From: Trichoplax adhaerens
Taxonomy: Eukaryota; Animalia; Placozoa
Reading direction: 5' to 3'
Assembly (NCBI RefSeq): GCF_000150275.1
Contig: NW_002060945.1
Coordinates: 5,443,397 to 5,507,396, forward strand
DNA length: 64,000 nt
Below are positions 24,867-38,581 of this stretch, piece after piece. Position numbers and translations under genes: made by a program. The notes beneath the pieces are model-generated. The model saw only the letters and a program-made list of their open reading frames with translations, was not told the DNA's origin and ran no database searches. Numbering within the stretch: the first letter of the stretch is position 1; every line of letters starts with the position of its first letter.

Positions 24867-27230
24867 ATGGTGGAGAAAATTGTTGGTAAGCATGGATATT
24901 AATATTAACTCTATAATTTGTATAATACTAGTAGTTGACAATAGCTATGATTAGGCTGAATGAATTCTTTAAAGATAGAAGATCGTTACATATGCAAGAT
25001 GGCATAAATTTAATTTGGAAACTTTATCACGAGTTTGCATCTATAAGAGGTAAAATGATTACGATTTCATATTGTTCCAGATGGAGTTTTAACAGTGGAT
25101 TATCTCAAGTCAACATCAGAAGAATTTGACGTAGATAGTATTCGAGAAATAATTCTAAGGCGCATGGGTAAGTTATAGCATCATTATATCAGGCTCAGTC
25201 ATATAAGATTTAATCTTTTGCAGTCAATTATCGCCACTTTTACAAATTTTAGCGTTGAAACAGACTAATATTTGTGCTAGTATTAAAAGAAGAATGTCAT
25301 CAAAGATGTTTTAAGTGATATTTGTGTTGTGCAGAGTTTAGTTTATGATGGTTTTATTTCGAGGCAAATAGAACATTTTTATCAATATATGCTACTTAGA
25401 AGATAGTGATTTGTTCGTTTGGTAATTCACTGTCATTATAATATTAATTAGAAGATGAGTATAATCTAAGCAAATTATAATTATCAATTTCAGGATTACG
25501 AGACATAACATGCGTTAATCAATGCAGAAACGTAGTAAGACTGGTTTTATCTGATAATAAAATAAGAAATTTATCAGCTTTAGGTGAGGAATGTGGTTAA
25601 GTAGGCGTTATTACTACTACAAGCCGTGTTAGTATTGATTGACTATGTTTTTGGAAAACGATGATACAATATGGTTTTTTAATGGATGTAATACTATAAG
25701 TCTTATTACTGTATATTTGATATTTAATTTTTTTTATTATTACACTGCTAACATCTGCCTTTGTATTTATCTCATAATTAATTAAGCATTCTTGCTGGTT
25801 ACTACTGTACTATACAGTATATACACTATTATCTAGCTTACTATTTAATTGTATACAATATTTATTCTATACGTTGTCTTGCTTTCTTGAATCAAAAGTC
25901 GCTATTCTTATAAAAAATTGTAAAGTAAGAAAATAGCTACTAGTAATTGTACACAAATGATATGCACTACAGAACCTCCTAAATACTACTGCCAGTGCAA
26001 AGTATCACTATGTCACGAATCTATTAGCAAATCTAATACAAAGCTTGAAGGAGATATTTACAGCTAATATTGATGTTAGAAAAGAAGTTGCTTGGTGATT
26101 AAATGCCAGCTTTTAGACTATCACAGCAGAATACGATCACTTTCTAGAAGTGATTATGTGGTGATTTCGTCTTTAAAGTGATATTTTCACGATTTTTGCT
26201 AAAAATATTATGTAAATGAGATCATGAATAAGTTAAAATTTATTGAAACTCCGAATTATTTTTCAGATGGATTAACAGAATTGACTCTCCTTAATTTATC
26301 GTCTAATGACATCACTACTTTAGGTGGGTTGATAATACGTGTACAAAGATTTGATTTGAGACTAAGTTTATCATTACAGTGTGTTACTAGGATTCGATTG
26401 TTGAAACACAGTACTATAACACTCGAGTATGTAGAATGACGAAAGTGTGATTGACAAGTTTTATTATTTTCTCAGACGGGCTTAACAACCTTGAAAAGTT
26501 GACTACACTCAATTTAGCCGGCAATTCTATCGCAACGTTAGTTACTGTTGTAATTTGATCTTTATATTGTCGATGATAAATAACTAAACTTTTCTTAAAG
26601 CTGCACTTGTCCAACACTTTGTTTTACGTAGAATCGAGGCTCTGAGTTCATTAAGCAATCTGAAGGCTTTGACCAATTTACGGCTTCATGATGATATGCG
26701 TGGGATCTCTAATCCAGGTATAATAATGATTGTACCCTTGATGATTGGAAAACATCATGATACACGCTCGTATGTCTACGATCATATATAGTAGAATATT
26801 TTGTTTCTACTGTAGGCAATTTATTATTTTCTCTTCCTATAATTCTAGTCTGCCAGCTAAATAATTATCAATCTGCTGTCGTTGGATATTGTCCTAATTT
26901 AAGAATATTAAACGGTATGTATAGTTTGCCTATTTTAACTTGGTTGACTAATCATGTGCTGGCCAGGTCAACTAATTAGATTAGAATTGATGATAAAAAC
27001 AATATTACACTATTATACTAGACAAATGATAACTAACTGCAAAGTAAATATACAGGTGAGATTATAAAAGGTGATGGAAGTACTCTATTCAGCCTATTTC
27101 GAGAGATGGATAAGAAAATTGACGGTAAGTTGTATTGAAAACGAAAATTATCACCATAGGTAATCTATATATAATCGATTGGTTACAATTGTATTTGGAG
27201 ACCATTGCCGAAGCTGAGATACCACAGTAA
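24867..27230 (+). CDS. LRRC61: Leucine-rich repeat protein, LRRC61-like (SDS22-type LRRs plus LRRcap); last exon uncertain
   Basis: Spliced: MVEKIVDGVLTVDYLKSTSEEFDVDSIREIILRRMGLRDITCVNQCRNVVRLVLSDNKI...LNLSSNDI...LNLAGNSI...LTNLRLHDDMRGISNPVCQLNNYQSAVVGYCPNLRILNGE; resembles remembered LRRC61 (LKSRTGEFSLESI...LRLRD...SNPLC...LKVIDGE). Confidence 0.8.
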
Positions 27231-28289
27231 CTACAGTTTCTACATGATGAGCTTTTATGCAATTATTGTTTAGCAATTATCGAGAACTGTAAGGCATAAT
27301 CAAATTTTACTAATAATACTGTAAAATGGACATGATACAAAAAATGGTTAGTTTAAATTAAGTAAACAGCGGTCATATTAGTTCCAGCGATGACATTTAC
27401 AATAGTGATGGTAGAGTGTGAGTGTACAGTATAAATAGAAGAGAATTTAATCGTTGATTTTAATTGCAATACTGTACGAGTATTGATCACTAAATTGAGA
27501 ACTGATACTGAAATACTTAAATTCATGTGCATCGTAAGAGCGATGCTAATTATGTGAATGATACAGTACGGCCTGTTCTTAACATGACATTTTCAAAATT
27601 TTAATTTTCTGTAGATCTAAAGCCACTCAGTTCATGATATCAGAGTTACATTTTTAACCAGGAACTGTTCCATAATAATGAGATTTTCGAGTTTGATTCT
27701 TTCTTTGTAAATTGATATAGTTTAATTAATTAATCCCGGTCTTGAAATATTGTCTAGCATTCCTTTTATAGCGTTCAAGTGTGTAAAGTATACGATGACA
27801 TCACTTAAGGACAAATGTTTTTGATACTCAAAGATACCACGCTCTCGGTCAATCATTTTTTTACTTTTCATTTACATTATTTTTTTAGCCTGGTCTTTAT
27901 AGAACCTATAATACAACATCGCACCTATTGAAAACTTTTATGATTAAATGTTAATTATCTTATTTAAATTTTCTAAAAAAATTGCTATTGTGATTGATGC
28001 AACGATACTGTAAAATTGTCCATTGATAGACTATTTTAAGCAAGAGATGGGTTAGATGTTTATGAAGTTAGCCATTATATTAGAGATGGATTGAATAGTG
28101 CCTTTGGTATGACTAATAAATGTACGAGTAATGGTATGTGTAAGGAGAGAAAGAAAGGCAAAATAGACGAATATTTGAAAGATGTAATTTGTATGACTTG
28201 GAAGATGTTGAAATAAAATGATCTATTTACAAAGGAAGAGAAAGAAGCGGAAAAAATTACTGGAAGTAGAGTATGCTTGATCCCATCTA

Positions 28290-30024
28290 TTTTCAAGAGT
28301 TATTGTGTCTAAGCGTGTTGATGAGGTACTATATAATGAAGTTGAAGAGTGTAAGCTGTTCTAAGCATGCAATAACTGCATCAAAAGATTGTACAGTGGA
28401 CATTGACGTCACTACATGCGTGGGTTTTCGTTCTAGCGTTGTCTGAGGACAATCTGCTTGATAGCTAAGGTTCTTTACGGTATGATCTCTTTCCAACCTA
28501 GGCTGCACATTCCACCGTGAATAAAGATGATCTTGAACTTTGTAAATGATGATCATCATGATTGTAGTCCTAACGTAACTTTGAATGATCCTAGTTATTC
28601 TGGGCGTTACCTATTGAAATTCGATTGCTTTACTGGTTCTTACTATCGAATTCGTGACATTAAAATGGCTGCATCACAGTTTAACTTTTGGGGGGTAAAT
28701 TTTCGTTTTTTTTCTCCTGATATATAGGGTGCGTGATAGAAGGAAGGTTTTCTTTCCGCAATGTGCCAAATATAGTTTATTCTACGTCATAAGTTTTCAT
28801 GCTTAGAATAAATATAATAATCAAATGGTGTAAGGCCTTATAAGGCATTGAAGTTACGCGTGATTATGAGTCATTTTAAGAATTTTTAAATAGTAGTGAC
28901 TGAGTGGCATATAGTGCAGACCTAGAAAATTTTTTCTAAGTTTGCTGCTATTGCCAAAATTGAATCAGTTAGGATTGAAATTGATCGAACTTTCCTTCCA
29001 GTCTACTTGAAGACGAAACTGAATACTTACAATCTGCTAGTTTTGGCTTGACTAAATTGAGCTGGAATCCTAGTCAATACAGGTAAAAGCTAGTACGTAG
29101 CAATCGTTTTTGTAAGTTGCCGAGCCGGCGTGATGAAGTGTAAAAAGGACGAAAGGTTTCTGCTCGATTTTATATTCACGGTTCATTGACGTTTTTGTCA
29201 ATTAAGGTTTTTACGCTAGTAGTCTTTCTTATCATCCGAGATGAGCTAGAAGTAAGCAGTACAAAATTTCTCTGCATTTCATTTCACTGTTATTTGTAAA
29301 TGTACTGGTTTTAGTTGTAATCTATCAAGCGGGGATATGGCATAACAAACAAACTGGTCCAAGTCCCTACTCGATTCCATTCCATTTCACGTTTAATATG
29401 GCGCTTATAGAGAGATTGAATATTCACGCATAACGTCGTGAATTTGGTTTTACCCCATTGCGTTGAAATAGAAATACCTACTAGTCCATACTAGTCAAAG
29501 CTAGTAGGAATTCTATTGATACAGTAACTCCTGTGCCAAGATGTACAAAATTGCCTGCTTGAAATCAATTTCCGGCAGATATTGTACAAGGTTGGAAAAG
29601 CCATTTACTCGTACCGGCTTTTCCCCTTGGCGTTTGAAATCCTAATCGTTACTGGTAAACTGACATAGTCAACATAGCTAATCGTTATTGTAAGTGACTC
29701 AAGCAAAATAAGGTGTCAAAACTGCAAAGATCTCTCGCTAGATTCCATTTCACCGCTCATTTGCTCAAGAGCATTACTGATATGTCAATAACTTGCGACC
29801 ATGCGTTTACCTTATAGAGTTCAGTGTTTTTTTTCTCTTAACTCTATGGTTTAGCTGCATTTACTGAGTAACCATGATCGTGCTCCATGTGGCTAATATG
29901 AATTGACACCTCGTCAACTTGATCTTTCTCTTTGTACAGGAGTAATAAAATAGTGATTCTTATTGTAAGCCATCAAGGCAGTAAAGATGATGGAGTGAAA
30001 GAGGTTAATCAATTTGAAATTCAT
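28290..30024 (-). pseudogene. Possible highly decayed TGF-beta-family precursor relic (tentative)
   Basis: Ordered fragments across frameshifts and stops: signal-like MNFKLINLFHSIIFTALMA, EIDFKQAILYI, GTWTSLFVMP, LGWKEIIP, YQADCP, PTHVV, YCMLRTAYTLQLHY; the terminal CxC is absent and stop density looks near random. Confidence 0.22.
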
Positions 30025-30819
30025 CAACAGTTGTAGATTGGTATTGATATCATTGTGAAATAAAAAGTGCCAAAGAAAAACTTATGCTGGGCAGTCTAGC
30101 TTTTCTTTATGGAGATTTTTTATCGGGCCCTAATCAATCGACTGTACAATACAATAAATTTAAAAGTATGTTTTACTGTTAATTTAGAGATTGGGAGCGT
30201 ATCTAGGTAGTAGTATTTTCTTTTTCTTCTTTTTTTTTGGATAGCGTGTTCTTTCATGCTACCTGAAATAATGTTACTGTAATAATTTTACAGTAGTAAT
30301 TGGAATAGCTATTGTCAGGACGGCATGAACTATTTATAGAATCTGACGTCAAAGTAATACCGGAAAAGATAGTGGCCATTGGCACAATTCAATTAACAAC
30401 AACAGTATGGTAATGGATGACATACTGCCTTTCCCCACAACATGGATTAATTAATAGTCAAGGGATTATTATCCTATTGAGTCCTGAATTAAATAGAGAT
30501 AGCTCCTGTACTTCTAGTCTACTCGATCAGTCTTCACTCAGCTGTTATAGTCCAGTCTTCTATACAGCCTGTTCTTACAGACCTACGCCGTGGTCGCCGG
30601 TAAAATTATACTACAGCATGTGGTGACAATACTAATACTATAAATACTATAAAATCGACATGTGATGGTATCGAAGCTGGCTGTACTGTATTTAATTTAA
30701 CGTACGAATACTTTCAATTTGCATAGGCGGAAAAGAGTCGACGACGGTGTTGCAACTGCTGGATCATCAGGTGGAAAAGATTAGGCCTTGAGCGAGAATG
30801 CTGCAAGATCATACTGAAA

Positions 30820-33800
30820 ATGAATTCGTACGAGAAATTCGATTCAATAGTGTATCTTGAAGTCAATCAGGTAAGATGAACGATAGCTGCCTCCTTCCGT
30901 ACTTCAGTGATTGCCAATGGCAGTTAGGGGACTTTGAATCGCTTATATTTTTATCTACTTGGCGGTGACTCATGCAACGAGGTTAAGGTCGCTCATACTA
31001 AATCAAGTTGAGTTAGCAACGTTCCTTTTTTTTTGAAGGCCTTGTTAATGGAAACGATGCATGCTTGGGGCCTATCGTTATGCAAAGAATCCGATCCAAA
31101 TCAAATGCTAGCTTAATACTTCGTTGATACCATTTCTTTAACGGATTGATTCAAACTGAATTTCATATCTCAACGCTAAATTTAATGGGATTGAAGTTTT
31201 GCAATAATTATCTACCAATACCAAACTATTGTATGTACTACACGATGGATTGAATTGGTTCTAGTGTTGTTATCGGCATTGAATGCAAATAATTTATCGT
31301 GAATGCCAAGCCATGAATTATTGACCGCCATTTAGAGTGAAAGATGAAATGATCATGTGTCGAGTAAATCGTCACAAACGCTATTAAATCGATGTATTCA
31401 ACTGTATGATTTCTTATCGAATCTCGTACTATGTTGATAATGATGATGGCGCTTCTGATTGACAGAAATAACGTTCATAAATTCCTTGAATCCTGATAGT
31501 GAACAGAAGGCCTTTTATGCGTTTTTAACTGAATGTACAGTACATACTGTAAAGTAGCTACAATTTTTTTTTCCCCATTGTAGTTTCTGTTCTCGGAGTT
31601 TGATCTTCGATATCAAGTAATAATGTATTCTTGATAAATGGAGGGAGACCTGTAGACTAGTTGTCGCACTTACTATAGGTTAGAATGATTTAAAAATACA
31701 TATAGAAAGATAGAGATATTTTACTACATCAATCCTTCAATTTTTCTAATACATATATGTCGCTCTTGGCTTATAAACCTTTGTAATAGTGGAGAAGCAT
31801 TATCATAAATTAGGGATATTTATCATTACCTTTGTAATGGACTAAAGGAGATGTGTCCTTCATTTTTTAAACACTTTGGTAATAAGCTTAGAATAAGTCG
31901 GTAACAAGACAGTAACTTAAAAGGGGCATTCTGAAATGTATATTAGTCATGAATGCACCATTTTCTTAAATTCATATTCGCCTGATAATGCTATATACTG
32001 TACTGTAATTATTATACAGTACGTATGTAATATAATCGACTGTGTTCTGTACGAAAACTGCCGCCTAACTTAACCGATGGGACTATGAACCATAGCAAGA
32101 GCAGTAGATGATCACGTTCGCTCAAACAACCGTGTGATAATGAGCTGTTAATTCGTTAACGTTGAAAAGTTTGACAATATTGAACGATTAGTCTTCCGTT
32201 AAGTGACTAACTAGTTGATTAATTAATATAATTTGTCACTGGGTGTGTGCTCGCTTAAAAGTGTTGGAAATACTGTGACTTGTAAGATTTCCGCCACACC
32301 CTATCCATCTCACAGACACCTGTCAAAGATTTCAATCTCTTCAATAGCAGTGTTTCTCCCTTAAATATTGCCACACACGTTCACTGCAGATTGGTCAAAA
32401 ATTAAAGTGTGTGATAATTCTGGAGAATTGATGTACTATGTATTAGATACGTGTACTATATGTCACCATTACGACTCTGTCATGATCGATATATTTTCTA
32501 TTCAACGCTCCTATAGTATTTAGAGTAAGCGTTCATGTTACAAAGTTAAGACGGAAAGTATCAAGAAACCTGAATGCATTCGATTATTTGCAGTTTTATC
32601 GTTGATATATTCTGTACATATGCAGTAGTTCGGTGTTGATGGACTGAATAATTTAGTTTCATATTTTTAGCTTGAAATTAGTATCTCTTCCTGGAATTAT
32701 TTACTTTACCGATACTGCAATATTGACATAAACAGCATGAAAGCTTTTTTGTCTAGTATGTCTTCATTAGAGACCCTTAGAGTAAGGGTATCCAGTCTTC
32801 AAAGTACACTACAGTGATTATGCATATCATTGTAACGTTAAAATGCCTTTTCAAACCTAGAACAATACTATGTACGCTCAAATGTACATAATGTAGGCGT
32901 GAAGGTGCCTTCTGCATAAAAAAGTACTGCCTAGGATTAGTATCCTATTATACTTGACTACCGTAGTATACGGTACGTTGCACAACATTTGATAAAAGAA
33001 TCATTTGAAAGTTTAGCGTTCATGTTTATCTTTACTTTGGTAACTAAACATAGATTTATCTAGAGTGCGTTCAATGATAATGAAATCGTATTATATGTGT
33101 CAATTATAACTTATATACAGTACTATATATATATACTGTATATATAATGACGTTTTTTTTATTGCGTACTAATTCAAGTGTTGTGTATGCCGTATGAATT
33201 TCTATAGTGCATCAACAGTTGAAATGTTGAATACATTAGTTAGTGGCTTGTTGTAATCGTAAAAAAATATTAATTCTAAATTAAGCAATCAACAGTTCAA
33301 TTTGAAAAAGAATACCATAAGTAATTCACGTAGAATGATTTTGATCATTTTTACGCCTTGATCATGATCAAACCACGCGCAATTGCCTAATTGTCCTCAT
33401 GCATTCTCATAGAGGCTTATTGCGTGCTTTACACGTTGTCTTTTGCTCTCGTAGTAGAAGCCACGGAGATAAATTATATTGTTTGTTGTCTTTATTGTCG
33501 TTAGTAACCCACAGAGATAGTAGTCTGCTATACTCTATTGTGCAAAAAAGTGTACAATGAAAATGTCAATAGATAGCATAAAAATTTGTCTATTCCTGCA
33601 CTAACTATATAAATTATATCTGGACTCGTATTACTACTAGATCTTGTCATGTGTAAAATTTAAAAGTGACAAATGAGGGTTAAGCGCTATGCGTTCTCAA
33701 ATTGAGAGAGAGGTAGTAGAACGGCATAAATGTGAGGCAGTTATTTTTGGTAGTTCGATCTATCACCTAGAGTATACGAGCTAGCAAAATTATAAAAGAT

Positions 33801-35713
33801 TAGATAAATACTAGATTGAATAACCCTTCTTAGCCTAGGCATTTTATATTATAGTCTAAAAGCGGCTCATGGTGTTTTAATGATAATTACGAGACGACGC
33901 TTACAATATTACGTACAGTACTGTATAGTAGGTCATGCTGATAATTGAGTGTGTAATAATAATATAAAAAAATTAATAATTATTACAATAACGATTCGTT
34001 CAATCTTACCGTTCTCTCTTTTATACTGTACTGACATCGATTGTAGTTATGTATGATAATAATAACATTAATAATGTAGATTTACCAGTACGCAATAAAT
34101 CATACTGGAGTAGCTAAAGAAATTGAGTTATCCTTTAATTCTGATCAAAAGCATCGTGTGCTAACAGAATAATAGCAAATGGTATTAAGCTGATAGGAGA
34201 GGCATAGTAGTAACCTTAAATATGAATTATGGAGAGATTGTGCTTACTGAATGGTTGGTTAATTAAATTTAAAAAGGAATCACAAGTAGTTAAATCAACC
34301 CTGATATTCAAACAAGGTTTATACTCTATATTTATTGTACATAACTGCTATGATTGGATTACGGAAAGCAATGTCGATGACTTTGATCTGCATTAATTGA
34401 TCACAGATAGGCGCTTACGTAGCGATCTTTCGTTGCATTTACAGAAATAGTAATATCATTTATTTTTATCAACAATATAGGCCTATGGAATTTATCGAGA
34501 AGATTCAAACCTCACACATGTACGGTGTAGGATTTTAGCTATCGCAATTAGTTTACTTTGTTTGGTAGCGGTTGTTGTACCTTTATATTTATTAAGTAAC
34601 ACTTGGGGCTCTACTTCTGTACAAGCCTCTGAACCGATAGTCTCCCAATTTGATAATTCACTCATTATCCCTGAAAAAACTATTCGACACAGTGCTAGTC
34701 CTTGTCATTCGCCAGCTTTCTTATTAGCTATCATTCACTCCGCTATTGGCAACTTCGATTATCGTCAAGGAATTCGTCAATCGTGGGGCAATAAGAAATT
34801 ATTTAACACGCCTGATAGGCCTCATTTATGGAGGGCATTATTCGTTATTGGTAAAACACAAAATGAGACAATCAATGCTAAAATCGAGCAAGAATCGCGA
34901 TTATATGGTGATATCATTCTTGGAGAATTCATCGATAGCTATCAAAATTTAACTTATAAAACTTTATTGGGTATGAAATGGGCTTATACATATTGTAAGC
35001 CACGATTTATATTAAAAGTAGATGATGATGTCTTTGTCAACACATTTTTGTTATATAATGAATTATTGAAATCAAAAGACACGCACGATTTCTATACTGG
35101 ATACGGACATATCAATGCTCGTCCGTTTCGCAACAAGCTTCATAAATGGTATGTGTCCTATCAAGATTATGAACAGGAATATTTTCCAGATTACTGTTTT
35201 GGCGGTGGTTATGTATTGTCAGGAGATATGCTTGGAAAGATATTAAGTGTTGAGCCTAGTGTCAAAAAATGTAATTTGGAAGACGTTTACACTGGTATGC
35301 TAGTCAAGAAGGTAAAAGGTAAAATTGCTCACGATAATAGATTTGAAAGTTATTATAGTTTTTATCGATTTTGGTTACTATCACGACCCTGTAATTATAA
35401 GGCGATCATGTTACAGCATGGAATACCACAACCTGGATATCATGCGCATTTAACTGCCATTGCAAAAAATAGTTACAATTCAAAGCATTGTCAGTGCTTG
35501 CCTTTAAGCCGTTTATGTTATCAGTCTAATTCTTGGCTTTCTATATGTCTTTATTTTGTGGTATTTTGTATGATTGGCGTATTATCGCATCGTTTATTGA
35601 TGAAAATTACAGCTGTTCGATTGGCTTACGTAGCAATGATGAGTTTTATAACAGATACAATGTCACGAGGTCTCTTAATTGCCAAATCTTTATCCGATAC
35701 ACCAAAGCAATAA
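30820..35713 (+). CDS. GT31 beta-1,3-galactosyl/GlcNAc-transferase paralog A; short first coding exon (30820-30870), 3.6-kb intron, main exon 34481-35713
   Basis: The main ORF is open from the AG acceptor at 34479-34480 with no in-frame ATG before the TM segment; exon MNSYEKFDSIVYLEVNQ|gtaag joins in phase 0; motifs IRQSWG, FIDSYQNLTYKT, KVDDDVFVN, FPDYCFGGGY, LEDVYTG. Confidence 0.9.
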
Positions 35714-37402
35714 AGTAAATGATTACATTTAAAAGGATTCAATCTAGGCTTTAATTTCTGACTTTTTCATGAGTAGAATAATTTTTTATTATTAGTGCAT
35801 GTATTTGTGGATAGCTATGATTAAACAACTAGTAATTATTCTGATTTTTATTTGGATCGTTGTACATAGTTGTCCATGTCTGCAGGGTATTTAGCAGATT
35901 TAATGAATGATACACTGTCATGAAGGACTGTTTAATAGTATTTCTGCTGCACTTGGTAAATTCTAATTCATTAAGATGCCAATTTTAATATGCCTAATTT
36001 GCTATGGAACATGGGCAGCCTCCATTCTTCCTGTTAAAATCCAATATTAGATAATAATTTTGATATTGCAATGCATTAGCTTCATTATCGTATTACCTAT
36101 AATATAGCAAAATTGATATGCAAGATTGGAGGATATTTAACTAATAGTCATATTAAAATTATTGCATAGCGGCTGGTTCGAGAAATGCACTCCTTTTTCG
36201 TTTGTCTCTTTCAAAGTTATTACGTACGCGAGTTGGTAATCTTGTAATAATTATAATTAGACAGTAGTAGATGTTTTCAATCTTGTCAAACGTGTACGAT
36301 TAACTAACGTTTTTCATATTTTGGGCGTTGTTTGAATATTGTACGTAATGGGTGCCTTACCATTTATCGAGAATTGTGGTGACTTATTAACTACATATGC
36401 TTAAGGTAATTTTGGTAAAATATTTTGGAGATGCTTTATAATTCCTTGGCTACATTATGCTGGTCATAATGATTTTCTTAGGTTAGTAGTACATGCCCTG
36501 GTTCGTACTTCTTTGTGCACGTTTGCAAAAGTTTTTTGATGTGTTTTTGTCACTTTCCACCGTAGCACAATAAGATGTATTTACTGTACGTTGATACGCA
36601 CAGTATTTGCGTTGTGCTGTCTGCTGTTTGTACTAACCGTGTTATACTATCAATAAAAAAATTGAAAGTTTGAGTAAGGATAATGTGTTTTATTGCATTC
36701 TCTTGATTTAGTAATGAAATCAAGGAGATATTTATATATTTAACTGCAAGAAAATATCAAATCCAAATTGAAATGTGTGTATAATGTACAGTACTATCTA
36801 TTTTCTGTGTAGGTACAAAGAGTAGATTATATAGGTAAACCCGAATAGTTGAAAAAACACGGTAGAACAACAAGCAGTGATTATTTTACATCACGTAAAT
36901 ACAGATACATACATTACTTTCATTGCAAATTTCTTAGCGCTATCTTTTAGTTATCATTAGTCAATGGTGATAAATAATTGAATTACTGTCATTTTCATTC
37001 AGTAATAATTTTACATATACGACTCGTATATAATGATGGATATTATATATAAGAATTATTTTGCTTAGATTTAACTTTAAGTTAGGAATATCGCTAGAGT
37101 ATTTGTCGAGTGTATAAAGTATATTCAACACTTTATAATTCAGCAAATTGGTATATATTATTACATTCTATAAATTTGCTAAGTCAGAATACGATAGAGT
37201 TACATCTTTTGCTATCGTTGCATTTTTTTTATTGATGATGTAGTTACCTTTGAATAATTATTATTAGTTTCTCTGAGCATTAACTTCGTTTACTTTAAGG
37301 CTATTAGTATAGGTTATCAAGAGCGGTTAGTTCTTGTTGAAAAGTGCAAAGATTTATTAAAGTTCGGTGCAGCAGTAATAGAATATATATATATACTGTT
37401 TG

Positions 37403-38581
37403 TCATATTGTCGAATGCAAGGGGAAAATTTGAACTCGTTTCAAAAAAAGTTGCAATGATACACCACTAATGATACTCACAATAGTGATTAGGACAATAT
37501 AGAAATAAATTCGAGAAGTCGATCGATAACATAAATGTATAATGGATAAACACTGGCAGTGTTTTAAAGTATAGGCTTTTCTAGCAATTGCAGTCAGAGC
37601 AATGTGATACTGTGGCTTAGGTACTCCATGTTGCAATATAACTGATTTGTAATAGCATAATCTTGGTAATAGCCAGAATCGATAAAAGCTGTGAAAGCTA
37701 TGAAATCTACTATCGTGAATTGGCTTTCCATTGACCCGATTGACTAGAATACCTGTGTAAGCATCTTCTAATCTTACTTTTTTAATTCTAGGTTCAACAC
37801 GTAATATCTTTCCAAGTAGATCTCCTGACAATACATAGCCACCACCGATGCAATAATCTGGAAAATATTCGCGTGGATAGTCTTGAAATGGTACATACCA
37901 TTTATGAAGTTGATCACGATGAGGGCGAATATGGAAATGACCGTATCCAGTATAAAAATCGTGCTTATTCTTCAGTTTCAGTAATTCATTATACAGCAGA
38001 AATGTGTTAACAAAGACATCATCATCTACTTTCAATATAAATCGTGGCTTACAATATGTATAAGCCCATTTCATACCCAATAAAGTTTTATAAGTTAAAT
38101 TTTGATAGCTATCAATAAACTCTCCTAATATAATATCACCATAGAGTTGTGATTCTTGCTCGATTTTAGTATTGATTGTTCCATTTTGTGTTTTACCAAT
38201 AACGAATAATGCCCTCCACGAATGAGATCGATCAGACGTGTTGGATGATTTTTGACAGCCCCACGACTGACGAATGGCTTGACGATAATTGAGATTATCA
38301 ATAGCAGAAAGGATAATGGCTATTAGGAAAGCAGGCGAATGACAAGGGCTAGCACTGTGTCGAATGATTTTCTCTGTTAAAGATTCATCAAAAATAAATG
38401 AAATATTCCCTTTCGAATTGTTCCTACTTATTCTAGTACGATTTAAGACATTGTATGAAATTGTATATCTTGCACTTACGTTATAAGCAAGTTTAGATCT
38501 TATGATTAGAGTAATAGTAACTGTTGCAGCTAAGGTCAAAATGAAGAAATATGAAATCATATGTTTTACTCTCATAACCAT
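37403..38581 (-). CDS. GT31 beta-1,3-glycosyltransferase paralog B (single coding exon; probable 5'UTR exon with donor near 39192)
   Basis: 392-aa ORF with N-terminal TM, IRQSWG, DSYQNLTYKT, KVDDDVFVN, LEDAYTG; clearly paralogous to 34481-35713. Confidence 0.95.
   Translation of the reverse strand: MVMRVKHMISYFFILTLAATVTITLIIRSKLAYNVSARYTISYNVLNRTRISRNNSKGNISFIFDESLTEKIIRHSASPCHSPAFLIAIILSAIDNLNYRQAIRQSWGCQKSSNTSDRSHSWRALFVIGKTQNGTINTKIEQESQLYGDIILGEFIDSYQNLTYKTLLGMKWAYTYCKPRFILKVDDDVFVNTFLLYNELLKLKNKHDFYTGYGHFHIRPHRDQLHKWYVPFQDYPREYFPDYCIGGGYVLSGDLLGKILRVEPRIKKVRLEDAYTGILVNRVNGKPIHDSRFHSFHSFYRFWLLPRLCYYKSVILQHGVPKPQYHIALTAIARKAYTLKHCQCLSIIHLCYRSTSRIYFYIVLITIVSIISGVSLQLFLKRVQIFPLHSTI

Noticed and set aside
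32240-32420. GC-richer patch in the GT31-A intron that might be a transposon relic
   Set aside because: Frames examined contain stops, with no recognisable transposase or RT motif and no terminal repeats
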